A stretch of 64,000 bases of DNA, from assembly GCA_963668315.1 (NCBI GenBank), contig OY764216.1, forward strand, positions 3,456,001 to 3,520,000, in the 5' to 3' direction. How positions within the stretch are numbered: the first letter of the stretch is position 1; each line of letters begins with the position of its first letter. This DNA is from Spirochaetia bacterium. GTDB lineage: Bacteria > Spirochaetota > Spirochaetia > DSM-2461. Below are positions 39,390 to 49,854 of the stretch, one piece after another. Under the pieces are notes generated by a model, which was given only the letters and a program-made list of their open reading frames with translations, made no database searches and was not told where the DNA came from. The translations under genes were made by a program, and so were the position numbers.

Positions 39390-40286
39390 ATGATTCACGG
39401 AGTAGGTAAATTATGCCTGGACAATCTGATATTTGTCGATCATTATCCCGAGAAAAATAGCCTTGTCCATATTATTAAAACAAGGGCTGTTATGGGGGGG
39501 ATGGTCGCCAACGCGTTAAAAGCGGCCGATCTTTTCGATGAACCCACGACACTTTACTCCTATGTGGGACGGGATGAGAGCGGAAAAAACCTGAGGGAAG
39601 CCCTGGGAAAAACGGGGATCAACCGGGACCGCCTGGTCCTCCGGGAAAATACCGATTACAGCAATATCATCGTTCACGGGGAAACCCGGACCATTCTTTC
39701 CTGCCGCGCCAACGGGGAAAGAAAGCGAGCGGAGGATTTCACCGTCTCCTTGGGGAAAGGAGATGTTCTTATCGTGGACGGCACCATTATGGAAGGCCTC
39801 GGATCACTGCTGGAAAGGGCTAAGAAAGAGGGTGCCGCGACCCTGATGGATGTGAGTCCGGCCAATCTTGAAAAAGAGATAGGAGATCTGCTCCCCCATG
39901 TGGATTATCTGATTCCCTCCCTTGACTGGGCCCGGAAGTTTACCGGCCGGGAAAATCCCGACGAAATGGCTCACATCCTGCAGGAAAGGGGAGCCTCCCA
40001 CCTTATCATGACCGACGGGGGAGGGCCTGTCCGATATTACCGTTCCGGGGAGCCCCGGCTCTATTACCCCCGGAAAATCGAGGTGAGAAACAGCAACGGA
40101 GCGGGCGATACTTTTCACGGCGCCTTCTGCGTAGGACTTTCCCGGGGCTGGGACCTGCACCGGGTCATCCTGTTTGCCGTTTCCGCCGCGACCAGCCGCT
40201 GCCTCTGCGAAGATATCGATCATATACCTCCCCTGGAGGATATCCTTCAAGACTCCTCCCTTATCGGATTCAATCCCCCGATATAG
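39390..40286 (+). CDS. PfkB family carbohydrate kinase
   Basis: GGMVAN, VGRDESG and NGAGDTFHGAF motifs. Confidence 0.85.
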   Translation: MIHGVGKLCLDNLIFVDHYPEKNSLVHIIKTRAVMGGMVANALKAADLFDEPTTLYSYVGRDESGKNLREALGKTGINRDRLVLRENTDYSNIIVHGETRTILSCRANGERKRAEDFTVSLGKGDVLIVDGTIMEGLGSLLERAKKEGAATLMDVSPANLEKEIGDLLPHVDYLIPSLDWARKFTGRENPDEMAHILQERGASHLIMTDGGGPVRYYRSGEPRLYYPRKIEVRNSNGAGDTFHGAFCVGLSRGWDLHRVILFAVSAATSRCLCEDIDHIPPLEDILQDSSLIGFNPPI

Positions 40287-40374
40287 GTAGTTTTACCTAT
40301 ACCATTTTCAGACCTAATACCTCTCCCGGAATTTCCCCTTCGGCCCTATAATTTTATGAGTTTTGGAGGTATTT

Positions 40375-41673
40375 ATGGGAAAAGTTAAGAAAACCCTGTT
40401 ATTTTTGGCGGTCCTTTCTTTGTCTGCCGCAGTCATTGCGGCTAATGGAAAGGGAGAAACCGCTTCGGCAGCCGGAGGTTCATCCTTCACATGGTGGGCG
40501 CTTTCCGGAGGCGGCGGAGCCGATGATCCCAGGGAAAATGTCAGAAAAGATATGATTGCCACATATGTGGCAGATCATCCCGATGTCAATGTGGAACTGG
40601 TTATGCTGGAAAATGAGGCTTTCAAGCAGAAGATACAGGTCACCATACAGGCGGGAGATCCGCCGGACCTTTTCCACTCCTGGGGGGGCGGCGTCATGGC
40701 CGAGTATGCCCAGGCCGGCATGCTCCGCGATATCAGCGATATGGTGAAAAACGATCTGGCCGGCAGCATCGGAGCCGGAACCCTGGCCGTGTACAGCTAC
40801 GACGGCAAATATTACGGAGCCCCTTACGATATGGGCGCCATCGGGTTCTGGTACAACAAGGATATCTTTGCCGAAGCGGGCGTTTCCGTTCCCCAGACTT
40901 GGGACGATCTTCTGGCGGCGGTACCCCGTATCAAATCGGCCGGTTACACACCTGTCGCCGTAGGAGCGGGTGACAAATGGCCCGCCCATTACTGGTGGGT
41001 CTACCTGGCCATGAGAATCGGAGGCAAGAGCGCCTTTGACGCCGCCTACGACGGCAGCGGATCCTTTGCCTCTCCCTCCTATGTGGAAGCGGGAGAAAAA
41101 CTCAATGAGCTCATCGCTCTGGAACCCTTCCAGACCGGTTTCCTCGGTTCCTCCTATGACGACGAAGCCGCCCAGATGGGCAACGGCAAAGCCGCCATGG
41201 AATTGATGGGCCAGTGGGCGCCCGCCGTCCAGGTAGCCAATTCTGTCAGCGGCGAAGGTCTCGGCGACTCCCTGGGATGGTTTGCTTTTCCCTCGGTTGC
41301 CGGAGGAAAGGGTAAAGCCACCGATGTCATGGGAGGCGGCGGAGGTTATGTCCTCGGCATCAACGCTCCCGATTCCGCGGTGGACTTCCTCAAGTTCTTT
41401 GTCAACAAAGAGAACAATATGGCCATATCCAAAGTGGAAGGTTCCATTCCTGTCGTGGCCGGCGCCGAAGAAGTTCTCAAGGGCAATGAGAATGCCGTCA
41501 AGATGGTTCAGGCCATCGGCAAGGCTGAATACTATCAGCTCTACTACGATCAGCTGCTGCCCCCCGCTGTGGGAGCCACTCTGAACGATTCCTCCGCCGG
41601 TCTGTTCGCCGGTGTACTTTCTCCCGAGGATATGGCTGAAGCTGTTCAGTCCGCCTGGGAAGCCAACCGTTAA
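40375..41673 (+). CDS. Sugar ABC transporter solute-binding protein
   Basis: Signal peptide with ANGKGE; PPDLFHSWGGG and GKAAMELMGQW motifs. Confidence 0.9.
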   Translation: MGKVKKTLLFLAVLSLSAAVIAANGKGETASAAGGSSFTWWALSGGGGADDPRENVRKDMIATYVADHPDVNVELVMLENEAFKQKIQVTIQAGDPPDLFHSWGGGVMAEYAQAGMLRDISDMVKNDLAGSIGAGTLAVYSYDGKYYGAPYDMGAIGFWYNKDIFAEAGVSVPQTWDDLLAAVPRIKSAGYTPVAVGAGDKWPAHYWWVYLAMRIGGKSAFDAAYDGSGSFASPSYVEAGEKLNELIALEPFQTGFLGSSYDDEAAQMGNGKAAMELMGQWAPAVQVANSVSGEGLGDSLGWFAFPSVAGGKGKATDVMGGGGGYVLGINAPDSAVDFLKFFVNKENNMAISKVEGSIPVVAGAEEVLKGNENAVKMVQAIGKAEYYQLYYDQLLPPAVGATLNDSSAGLFAGVLSPEDMAEAVQSAWEANR

Positions 41674-41679
41674 TATTCA

Positions 41680-41707
41680 GACCGTCTTCCTTCGGGAAGG
41701 CGGTTTT
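41680..41707 (+). terminator. Stem-loop after the binding-protein gene
   Basis: ACCGTCTTCC-TTCG-GGAAGGCGGT followed by Ts. Confidence 0.65.
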
Positions 41708-41730
41708 CTCATCAAACATCTGGTATATAT

Positions 41731-42633
41731 ATGACGACTAACCAAAAAATCCGTACCGAAAAGCTTAAAAAGACAGCTCTGGTGGCGGTTCTTCTGGCTC
41801 CGGCCCTGCTGCTTTTTATTCTGTTTGTGGTGGTACCGGTCATTCAGGCGGGATATTACTCTCTCTACCGCTGGAACGGAATGGGGCCTTTGACTAAATT
41901 TTCAGGGCTGGGCAATTTTACGGCCATTCTCAAGGACAGGGTTTTTCAAATTGCCTTTGTCAATAATCTGAAAGTAATCGGGATATCCCTTTTTATACAG
42001 CTTCCCCTGGCTTTTATGTTCTCCATGCTTCTGGGAAGGAATCTCTTCAGGGGAGAAGCGGTACTGCGGAGTATCATCTTTTTTCCCTATATTCTGGCGG
42101 AGATTGTTTCCGGAATCATCTGGAAATTCATTTACCATCCCGAATTCGGAGTGCCCACGGTACTTTCCAAACTTTTTTTCTCCGGCAGGGAGATTGCTCT
42201 GATGGGGGATCCCTCCACGGCATTCGGGGCCATCCTTCTCGTCATCGTCTGGAAATATCTGGGTTTTCACATGATCATCTATATTGCGGGGCTCCAGGGC
42301 GTGCCGGGAGAGCTGGAAGACGCGGCGGTGGTGGACGGGGCCAATCCCCTTCAGGTCATACGCCACGTGATTATCCCCTGTATGAAAAACAGTTTCATCA
42401 TCTCCATTTTCCTCTCCATCATCGGGGCTTTCAATATCTTCGATGTAGTCTGGGCCCTGGGGCAGGGGGGACCGGTTCACAGTTCGGAAACTCTGGTTAC
42501 CTATCTCTATAATTTCGGATTCAAAAGATTTTCCTTCGGATACGGCAGCGCCGTTGCGGTGATTCTCTTTCTGGTCTGCTTTATTTTTAATCTGGTTTAC
42601 CAGCGCTTTATCGTAAAAGAGGAGAATCTGTGA
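41731..42633 (+). CDS. Sugar ABC transporter permease
   Basis: EAA loop LEDAAVVDGA; multiple TM helices. Confidence 0.92.
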   Translation: MTTNQKIRTEKLKKTALVAVLLAPALLLFILFVVVPVIQAGYYSLYRWNGMGPLTKFSGLGNFTAILKDRVFQIAFVNNLKVIGISLFIQLPLAFMFSMLLGRNLFRGEAVLRSIIFFPYILAEIVSGIIWKFIYHPEFGVPTVLSKLFFSGREIALMGDPSTAFGAILLVIVWKYLGFHMIIYIAGLQGVPGELEDAAVVDGANPLQVIRHVIIPCMKNSFIISIFLSIIGAFNIFDVVWALGQGGPVHSSETLVTYLYNFGFKRFSFGYGSAVAVILFLVCFIFNLVYQRFIVKEENL

Positions 42634-43457
42634 TGGATCGGAGTCATAAAAATTTCAGAATAATCGCCGGTCTGATCAGCGCGGTGATCTTTTTCTTTCC
42701 CATCTATGTGGTCGTTTTCGGCGGACTCAAAACGAACGGGCAGCTGGTGAATGACCCCTTCGGCCTGCCCCGGCCCTTTGTTTTCGAAGCCTACCGGCTC
42801 ATTCTTCTGAAGAGCAGGGCCTTTTGGGTTTTTCTGGGCAATTCGGTGATCATCGCCGCTGCGGTCATCATCATCACCCTGATCAGCACCATTATGGCGT
42901 CCCTGGCTTTATCGCGCCTTCAGTTCAGGGGAAGGGATTTTTTCTACAATCTGTTTATAGCGGGCATGCTGTTTCCCATCACCGTGGCCATTCTGCCTCT
43001 CTATCTTCAGCTGCGTGATCTTGGCTTACTAGGTACCCGGCTGGGCATCATACTGGCTCAGTCGGCATTCAGCCTTCCCATGGGGATTTTCATTACCACG
43101 GGTTTTTTCAAGGATATCCCCCACGACCTGCAGGATGCGGTCAGTATCGACGGGGGCGGTTTTTTCACCTTCGGCTTCCGCATCGTCCTCCCTCTGTCGA
43201 CTCCCGTACTGTCCACGGTGACCATCATCACCCTGATCCAGAGCTGGAATCAGTTTCTCATGCCCCTTCTGGTTCTGAACAACCCGGATAAGTTCACCAT
43301 TCCCCTGGGCATCATGCAGTTCCAGGGTCAATTCACCACGAACTGGAATCAGATCATGTCCTTTATTACCATTGCCCTGCTGCCCATGACGCTTTTCTAC
43401 ATCTTTCTGCAGCGGTATATCGTGGCCGGTCTGACCGCCGGAGCGGTGAAAGGGTAG
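42630..43457 (+). CDS. Sugar ABC transporter permease
   Basis: LQDAVSIDG, WNQFL and GLTAGAVKG motifs. Confidence 0.92.
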   Translation: MMDRSHKNFRIIAGLISAVIFFFPIYVVVFGGLKTNGQLVNDPFGLPRPFVFEAYRLILLKSRAFWVFLGNSVIIAAAVIIITLISTIMASLALSRLQFRGRDFFYNLFIAGMLFPITVAILPLYLQLRDLGLLGTRLGIILAQSAFSLPMGIFITTGFFKDIPHDLQDAVSIDGGGFFTFGFRIVLPLSTPVLSTVTIITLIQSWNQFLMPLLVLNNPDKFTIPLGIMQFQGQFTTNWNQIMSFITIALLPMTLFYIFLQRYIVAGLTAGAVKG

Positions 43458-43458
43458 A

Positions 43459-45798
43459 ATGATGCGGGACAAGGCGAAGAAACTGCTGGCACAGATGACC
43501 CTCAGGGAGAAAATCGCCCAGCTCCATTCCATCTGGCTCTATATGGAGGGAGAGGATATCTGCGTGAAATCCATCTCCGGCATGGAAAACAGCGTGGGGG
43601 CGGCCGAATTATATGAGGAACTGAAATTCGGCATGGGACAGATAACCCGTCCTCTGGGAAGCCAGGAGATAGATCCGGTTCTGGGAGTGCGCAATCTCAA
43701 CCGCATACAGAAATATCTTGTGGAGGGTACCAGACTGGGAATTCCCGCTCTGCCCCATGAGGAGTGTCTTTCCGGGCTGATGGCCCGGGGGGGGACGATA
43801 TTTCCGGCGGGGATTAATAACGGCGCCACCTGGGATCCTGAACTTATGGAAAAGATCGGGAAGGCCATCGGGGATGAGCTTTACTCCGTGGGTTCCCGCC
43901 AGGGACTGGCTCCTGTCCTTGATGTCTGCCGCGACGCCCGCTGGGGCAGAACGGAGGAAACCTACGGCGAAGACCCTTATCTGGCCGGCAGAATGGCCAC
44001 GGCCTATGTGAAGGGACTGCAGGATGAATCGCGGCCTCTTCTCGCCACCCTCAAGCACTACGCGGGACACTCTTTCGGAGAGGGGGGACGAAATCACGCC
44101 CCCGTTCGTGTGGGTGACAGGGAATTGAATGATCTCTTCCTATTTCCCTTCGAAATGGCCGTGAAGTACGGGAAGGCCCGGTCAGTTATGCCCGCCTACC
44201 ATGATATAGACGGCGAACCGCTCCATCAGTCCCGCCGCTATCTGAATGACCTGCTCAGGGAGCGCTGGGGTTTCGAAGGTATAATCGTTTCAGACTACGA
44301 AGGGCTGATCCAGCTTATCACCGATCATCATGTTCAGCCGGACAAGGCCTCCGCGGCCGCCGCATCCCTCCGGGCCGGGGTTGATGTGGAACTGCCGGGA
44401 AACACCCTTTTCGCAGAGGGTATTGTCAAGGCTTTGGACAGGGGATTGCTTGAGCCAGAAGTCGTGGATGAAGCGGTTCTCCGCCATCTGACGGAGAAAT
44501 ACCGTCTGGGTTTATTTGAGAATCCCTATACCCGGGAAGATTCCATAACGCTTCAGTCAGATAAAACGGTCGCTCTGGCGGCGGAAGGGGCGGAGAAATC
44601 TCTGGTTCTTCTGAGAAACGACGGTATTCTCCCCCTGGGGGGAGACGAGAAAATCGCCCTCATCGGCCCTCTGGCAGACGAGCCCATGGCCATGATGGGG
44701 GGCTATGCCTTTCCCGTACATCTGATTGTTTCGGAAAAGCGGGAGGGCAACTCCCATGTAAAAACCCTGAGGGAATCTCTCGGGGCGGCCTATGGGGATA
44801 AGCTCTCCTACAGCAAAGGCTGCGATATACTGACGCGCCGTCCGGATAAACCGGCTGTTTTTCCCGGCGATGTGCCCATGGATGGAAGAGAACAGGCCGA
44901 TTATATCAGCTATGATATGCACGGTTTCATTGAGGCCCTGGACTGCGCCCGGAAAGCGGAAAAGATTGTCCTGGCCGTAGGTGATCTGGCGGGGCTCTTT
45001 CAGAGCGGTACGGTGGGGGAAGGCTCCGACGTGAGTTCCCTCGTCCTTCCCGGTGTTCAACAGCAGCTGGTGGAAGCGGTTCTCGAACTGGGCAAGCCGA
45101 CTGTCATCGTTCTTATCTCAGGCAGACCCTATCATCTGGAAGGGGCCGACAGAAAATGCGGCGCCCTTCTGCAGGCCTGGCTTCCCGGTCAGGAGGGCGG
45201 GCCGGCCGTGGCAAAGGCTCTTCTGGGAAAAATCAATCCGGGGGGAAAGCTTCCCCTCTCCTTTCCCAGGGAGGCGGGGAGCATGCCCTTCTATTACAAC
45301 CATAAGATGAAGTGCGCCGGAACTCCCATCCAGAGGGATTTCGGAGCGGAGTACCCCTTCGGTTTCGGTCTCTCTTATACGAATTTCACTCTGAGCGACA
45401 TACGTATGGAGAAGAGGGAGTACGATACGGAGGACAGGGTGAAGCTGGAGCTGAATGTCTCCAATACGGGATCGGTTGCCGGGGATGAAGTCATACAGGT
45501 TTATGTGAGGGACAGGGTGGCCCGGTTCGTGCGTCCCCTGAAGGAGCTGAAGGCGTTTCACAGGACGACGCTGTCTCCCGGTGAGACTAAGAAACTTACG
45601 ATTGAGATTCCCACCGATCTCCTCAGTTATACCGTTGAGTACGGGAAAAGAGTTGTGGAACCGGGAGAGTTTGTCGTCATGGTCGGAACCAGTTCGGCCC
45701 ATCTTTCCGGGGAGTTTGTCATCAATCTGAAAGGAAATTTGCGGATCCTGGACCGGCAATGGAATATGGAAAGTTCGGTCATTGAAAAAAAAGGATAG
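43459..45798 (+). CDS. GH3 glycosidase (beta-xylosidase/beta-glucosidase type)
   Basis: RWGRTEETYGEDP, KHYAG, VSDY nucleophile, PFGFGLSYT and a C-terminal Fn3-like domain. Confidence 0.92.
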   Translation: MMRDKAKKLLAQMTLREKIAQLHSIWLYMEGEDICVKSISGMENSVGAAELYEELKFGMGQITRPLGSQEIDPVLGVRNLNRIQKYLVEGTRLGIPALPHEECLSGLMARGGTIFPAGINNGATWDPELMEKIGKAIGDELYSVGSRQGLAPVLDVCRDARWGRTEETYGEDPYLAGRMATAYVKGLQDESRPLLATLKHYAGHSFGEGGRNHAPVRVGDRELNDLFLFPFEMAVKYGKARSVMPAYHDIDGEPLHQSRRYLNDLLRERWGFEGIIVSDYEGLIQLITDHHVQPDKASAAAASLRAGVDVELPGNTLFAEGIVKALDRGLLEPEVVDEAVLRHLTEKYRLGLFENPYTREDSITLQSDKTVALAAEGAEKSLVLLRNDGILPLGGDEKIALIGPLADEPMAMMGGYAFPVHLIVSEKREGNSHVKTLRESLGAAYGDKLSYSKGCDILTRRPDKPAVFPGDVPMDGREQADYISYDMHGFIEALDCARKAEKIVLAVGDLAGLFQSGTVGEGSDVSSLVLPGVQQQLVEAVLELGKPTVIVLISGRPYHLEGADRKCGALLQAWLPGQEGGPAVAKALLGKINPGGKLPLSFPREAGSMPFYYNHKMKCAGTPIQRDFGAEYPFGFGLSYTNFTLSDIRMEKREYDTEDRVKLELNVSNTGSVAGDEVIQVYVRDRVARFVRPLKELKAFHRTTLSPGETKKLTIEIPTDLLSYTVEYGKRVVEPGEFVVMVGTSSAHLSGEFVINLKGNLRILDRQWNMESSVIEKKG

Positions 45799-45818
45799 AA
45801 CCGCCCTGCTTATGCAGC

Positions 45819-45845
45819 GCTCCCCCCAGGGGGAGCTTTTTTTTT
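45819..45845 (+). terminator. Intrinsic terminator
   Basis: GCTCCCC-cca-GGGGGAGC followed by a run of 9 T. Confidence 0.8.
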
Positions 45846-45849
45846 GCCC

Positions 45850-45894
45850 TTGACAAGGAGGAAAAGTATGATAGTATAACTGGTAATTACCGGT
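45850..45894 (+). promoter_or_regulatory. Promoter plus GntR-type operator candidate
   Basis: TTGACA, extended -10 TGnTAGTAT, then near-palindrome ACTGGTAATTACCGGT. Confidence 0.5.
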
Positions 45895-45931
45895 ATCTAT
45901 TGCTGTCGTTAAAGACATCAGAAAGGAACAC

Positions 45932-47002
45932 ATGGATTTCGATTATATCAAACTGAAGACAGAGCTGTTATCACTTATTCAGAAGGGAACCTATCCTTCC
46001 GGTTCTTCCATCCCTTCGGAAAGGGAACTCTGCCTGAAATATGAAACCAGCAGAACCACGGTAAGGCGAGCCATCAATGATCTTGTTGAAGAACGTCATC
46101 TCGTCAGAAGGCCGGGGAAGGGGACATTTGTTTCTGAAGAGACCCATGGGGCAGCGGAAAGTACCGATACCATTCTTTTTCTGCGCTGCATGCATTCTGC
46201 CTCATTTCTCAGTGATGACGTTATCTATCCCCTCGTTCTTGCCGGGGTGGAGGAGAGCGCCGCGAAATCGGGGTACCGCTGTCTTGTCAGGAGCATTAAC
46301 GAAAATGAACCCGACTATGACGGCCTTAACACGTTCAAAGGGAAGATCGACGGCATCATCTGCGGGGAACTGCACAGTCCGGAATTCTACCAATATCTGA
46401 CATCCTTTCACCTTCCTCTCGTGCTGACCAGCCCGTCCCTCGAGGCGGAAAAGGCGGATATGGTCCTGATAGACAACAGGACGGGCGCCCGAAGGGCTGT
46501 TCAGCGGCTTATCGGAGAGGGCCATAGGCGGATCGCCATGATTGGGGGTTCGGAGACGAGTCTACCCGCCCGGGAGAGAAAGGAAGGGTTTATGCAGGCC
46601 ATGGATGAGGCGGGGCTGGATGTGGACGAGAGATTGATAGTGAGCACCCATTGGCTTCAGTCCGACGGTTACGACAGCTTCATTAAGCTCTGGGAAGCCC
46701 CCGAAAGACCGACGGCCCTTTTCGCCGCATCCGATCTGCTGGCTTTGGGAGTTTTCAACGGGGCGGCCCAATGGGGAGTCTCCATACCGGAAGAGCTGTC
46801 CCTTATCGGATTTGACGGGATACCTCTGGTCAGCCAGCTCAGGCCGGCGTTAACGACAATGGATGTGCGTGCCCGGGAGATGGGAGAAACATCGTTCCGG
46901 CTTTTTCTGGAGCAAAGGAAGGAACGGCGGGATTACCATGTGAAAGTTACCATACCCGTGGAAATTGCGGAAGGGGAATCGATCGGCCCCTGCAGAGAAT
47001 AG
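45932..47002 (+). CDS. GntR-HTH / LacI-effector hybrid regulator (AraR type)
   Basis: PSERELC...SRTTVRRAI...GKGTFV followed by a sugar-binding domain. Confidence 0.88.
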   Translation: MDFDYIKLKTELLSLIQKGTYPSGSSIPSERELCLKYETSRTTVRRAINDLVEERHLVRRPGKGTFVSEETHGAAESTDTILFLRCMHSASFLSDDVIYPLVLAGVEESAAKSGYRCLVRSINENEPDYDGLNTFKGKIDGIICGELHSPEFYQYLTSFHLPLVLTSPSLEAEKADMVLIDNRTGARRAVQRLIGEGHRRIAMIGGSETSLPARERKEGFMQAMDEAGLDVDERLIVSTHWLQSDGYDSFIKLWEAPERPTALFAASDLLALGVFNGAAQWGVSIPEELSLIGFDGIPLVSQLRPALTTMDVRAREMGETSFRLFLEQRKERRDYHVKVTIPVEIAEGESIGPCRE

Positions 47003-47056
47003 GATCGGCCCGAATCGGAATTATATGTTTTGTAAACAGTCATGAGGAGAAAAAAG

Positions 47057-49003
47057 ATGAAAGAGAGTAGCTCTGAATTTGAAAAGATTGATGTGAAAGA
47101 CGTCCACATTACCGGCGGACTGCTGGCTCACAAATATCAGACGGTTATAGAAAATGTCATACCCTACCAGTGGCTCGCCCTGAACGATGAAGTCGAAGAT
47201 GCCGATCCCAGTCATGCTCTGGCCAATTTCCGAATTGCTGCCGGATGGGAAGACGGTGAGTTCGCCGGAATGGTATTTCAGGACAGTGATGTGGCCAAAT
47301 GGCTGGAGGCCGTGGCTTACCAACTGGCAGTCACACCCGATGACGAATTAAAAGGGAAGGCCGACGGCGTCATTGATATCATTGCCCAGGCCCAGGAAGA
47401 GAACGGCTACCTCAACACTTATTTTCAGCTGAAAGAGCCCGAAGCAAAATGGACCAATCTCACCGAGTGTCATGAACTATATTGCGCCGGACATATGCTG
47501 GAGGCGGCGGTGGCGTATTACGAAGCCACGGGAGAGAGAAAGCTTCTGGACGTTATGGTTAAATACGTGGATCTGATAGATTCTCTTTTCGGAAGGGAAG
47601 AGAGCAAAATCCACGGTTATCCGGGACACCAGGAAATTGAGCTGGCCCTGATGCGGCTCTATGGTATAACGGGAAATGACAGACATCTGAAACTGGCATC
47701 CTATTTTATCGACGAAAGAGGAACGGAACCGAATTTCTTTACCAGGGAGATTGAGAGAAGAGCCGGTAAGACCCACTGGCCGAATTTTCATGAAAATAAC
47801 CACCTTGATTATAACCAGGCCCATCTCCCTGTCCGGGACCAGAAAGTTGCTGTCGGCCATGCCGTAAGAGCCGTCTATATGTATTCCGCCATGGCGGATA
47901 TTGCCCGGGAACGGGATGATGCCGCCCTGGCCGAAGCCTGCCGTACACTTTGGGCCAATGTCACGGAGAAGCAGATGTACATAACGGGGGGAATCGGCTC
48001 CAGCGATTTCCAGGAAGCCTTTACCATCGATTACGATATTCCCAACGACAGGGCATATAATGAAACCTGCGCTTCCATCGGGCTGATGTTCTGGGCTCAG
48101 AGAATGATTATGCTGGACGGAGACGCCCGTTATGCCGATGTGATGGAACGGGCCTTCTATAACGGGATCCTGAGCGGTATGTCTGAGGACGGGAAGAAAT
48201 TTTTCTATGTGAATCCCCTGGAAGTAGTCCCCTCCGTATGCGATAAAAGAGATGATATGAAACATGTGGAGCCGGTCAGGCAGAAGTGGTTTACCTGCGC
48301 CTGCTGTCCACCCAATATCGCCCGCCTGCTTGCTTCCCTGGGGCAGTATATCTACCTTAAGAGCAAGGACAGTCTCTGGGTCAATCTTTACGGCGACAGT
48401 CGGGTGAAAGTCTCTTTGGGGGGCACGGCCGTCCTCTTTGAGCAGAAGGGTAACTACCCCTGGGACGGCAATGTTCATATGTCCCTTTCCATGGAGGATG
48501 AGGCTGATTTTACCCTGAAAATCCGCATTCCCCAATGGTGCGGAAACGACTGGACTCTGACCGTCAACGGGGAAGCCTTCCCGGGAGTTCCGGAGAAAGG
48601 ATATGTGGAAATCAAACGAATCTGGAAAAACGGTGATTCCCTCGCCCTTTCCCTGGAAATGAAAGAAAAACGTATCTATACCAATAGCAATGTCGGTGCA
48701 AATGCCGGCAAGGTCGCTCTGATGAAAGGTCCGGTCGTATATTGTCTGGAAGAAGCGGACAACGGCAGTCATCTCTCTTCCCTGATTCTGCGTAAGGACG
48801 GCCCTATTTCATCCCGGTTCAGGGGTGATCTTCTGGGCGGCGTGAATGTCCTTACGGCCGAAGGCTTCAGGGAAAGGTCCGTGAGCGGACGTCTGTACGG
48901 CGAAAGGAGACCGGAAAGAGAAGAGGCGGAAATGCATTTCATACCCTATTTCGCCTGGAATAACCGCGGTAAGGGCGAGCTTCTGGTCTGGGTAAGGGAG
49001 TAG
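47057..49003 (+). CDS. GH127 beta-L-arabinofuranosidase family protein
   Basis: FQDSDVAKW, HELYCAGH, GHQEIELAL, GHAVRA, ETCAS and CACCPPN motifs. Confidence 0.92.
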   Translation: MKESSSEFEKIDVKDVHITGGLLAHKYQTVIENVIPYQWLALNDEVEDADPSHALANFRIAAGWEDGEFAGMVFQDSDVAKWLEAVAYQLAVTPDDELKGKADGVIDIIAQAQEENGYLNTYFQLKEPEAKWTNLTECHELYCAGHMLEAAVAYYEATGERKLLDVMVKYVDLIDSLFGREESKIHGYPGHQEIELALMRLYGITGNDRHLKLASYFIDERGTEPNFFTREIERRAGKTHWPNFHENNHLDYNQAHLPVRDQKVAVGHAVRAVYMYSAMADIARERDDAALAEACRTLWANVTEKQMYITGGIGSSDFQEAFTIDYDIPNDRAYNETCASIGLMFWAQRMIMLDGDARYADVMERAFYNGILSGMSEDGKKFFYVNPLEVVPSVCDKRDDMKHVEPVRQKWFTCACCPPNIARLLASLGQYIYLKSKDSLWVNLYGDSRVKVSLGGTAVLFEQKGNYPWDGNVHMSLSMEDEADFTLKIRIPQWCGNDWTLTVNGEAFPGVPEKGYVEIKRIWKNGDSLALSLEMKEKRIYTNSNVGANAGKVALMKGPVVYCLEEADNGSHLSSLILRKDGPISSRFRGDLLGGVNVLTAEGFRERSVSGRLYGERRPEREEAEMHFIPYFAWNNRGKGELLVWVRE

Positions 49004-49013
49004 GGAGCCCAAA

Positions 49014-49042
49014 TTGACATTATCGGGGATATGTTGTATTAT
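49014..49042 (+). promoter_or_regulatory. sigma70 promoter
   Basis: TTGACA-N17-TATTAT. Confidence 0.7.
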
Positions 49043-49070
49043 CCCCTTCCATTGTATGCGTTTAGCATAC

Positions 49071-49120
49071 CGAGCCGGTTATTAGGCACCCCCGCTCGTT
49101 AAAAATTAAAACTAAGGAGG
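49071..49120 (+). ncRNA. preQ1-I-like riboswitch (variant)
   Basis: CGAGC/GCTCG stem, GGTT..TTAG..ACC loop and A-rich tail AAAACTAA running into the GGAGG RBS; upstream of a queuosine-precursor transporter. Confidence 0.65.
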
Positions 49121-49127
49121 GACAGTC

Positions 49128-49853
49128 ATGTCCAAAAAAACATTCAGTTTTCTGGAACCGGTAATCGCCGGTTTCGTCGGTTTGCTCATCGTATCCAACA
49201 TCGTTTCCCAGAAATATTTCGATACGGAATTTCTGGGAATGATCTGGTCTATGGATATGGGAACGCTGCTTCTATTTCCCCTGCTTTATATTTTCGGTGA
49301 CATTCTGGTGGAAGTATGGGGATATCATACGTCAAGAAGGGTTATCTGGTACGGCTTCGGTTTTAATATCCTGGCGGCCTGTATCTTTATTGCCGCGGTG
49401 AAAATCCCCCACAGCGATTATTTCACCTATCAGGACTCCTTTGCCATGGTCCTCGGCTCCACCCCCGGCCTTGTCGCCGCCTCCATGGCCGGATACTGGC
49501 TGGGAAGTTTCGCCAACTCCCTGGTCATGGCCCGGATGAAAGAGTGGATGGTAAAATGGGATCCCGAGCACAAGTGGCTCCCCCTGAGAACAATCACCTC
49601 CACCATCGTGGGCGAGCTGCTCGATACGACCGCTTTCGTTAGCATAGGGGTTATCGTTGGCGTTTTCCCCGTGGAGCTTCTCCTTTCCCTTATCGTTACG
49701 CAGTGGCTTCTTAAGACCGTAATAGAAGTCGTGATGACTCCCGTCACGGTACTTATCGTGAAAAAACTGAAATCCTGGGAACACCAGGACGTCATCGGCA
49801 CCGAAAGCTACAGTCCCTTCGCTTTTTTCAAGGGCAACAAGGAAAGCGCCTAG
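49128..49853 (+). CDS. Queuosine precursor transporter (VUT/YhhQ family)
   Basis: FPLLYIFGDILVEVWG and LRTITSTIVGELLDT motifs; preQ1-like leader. Confidence 0.88.
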   Translation: MSKKTFSFLEPVIAGFVGLLIVSNIVSQKYFDTEFLGMIWSMDMGTLLLFPLLYIFGDILVEVWGYHTSRRVIWYGFGFNILAACIFIAAVKIPHSDYFTYQDSFAMVLGSTPGLVAASMAGYWLGSFANSLVMARMKEWMVKWDPEHKWLPLRTITSTIVGELLDTTAFVSIGVIVGVFPVELLLSLIVTQWLLKTVIEVVMTPVTVLIVKKLKSWEHQDVIGTESYSPFAFFKGNKESA

Positions 49854-49854
49854 C

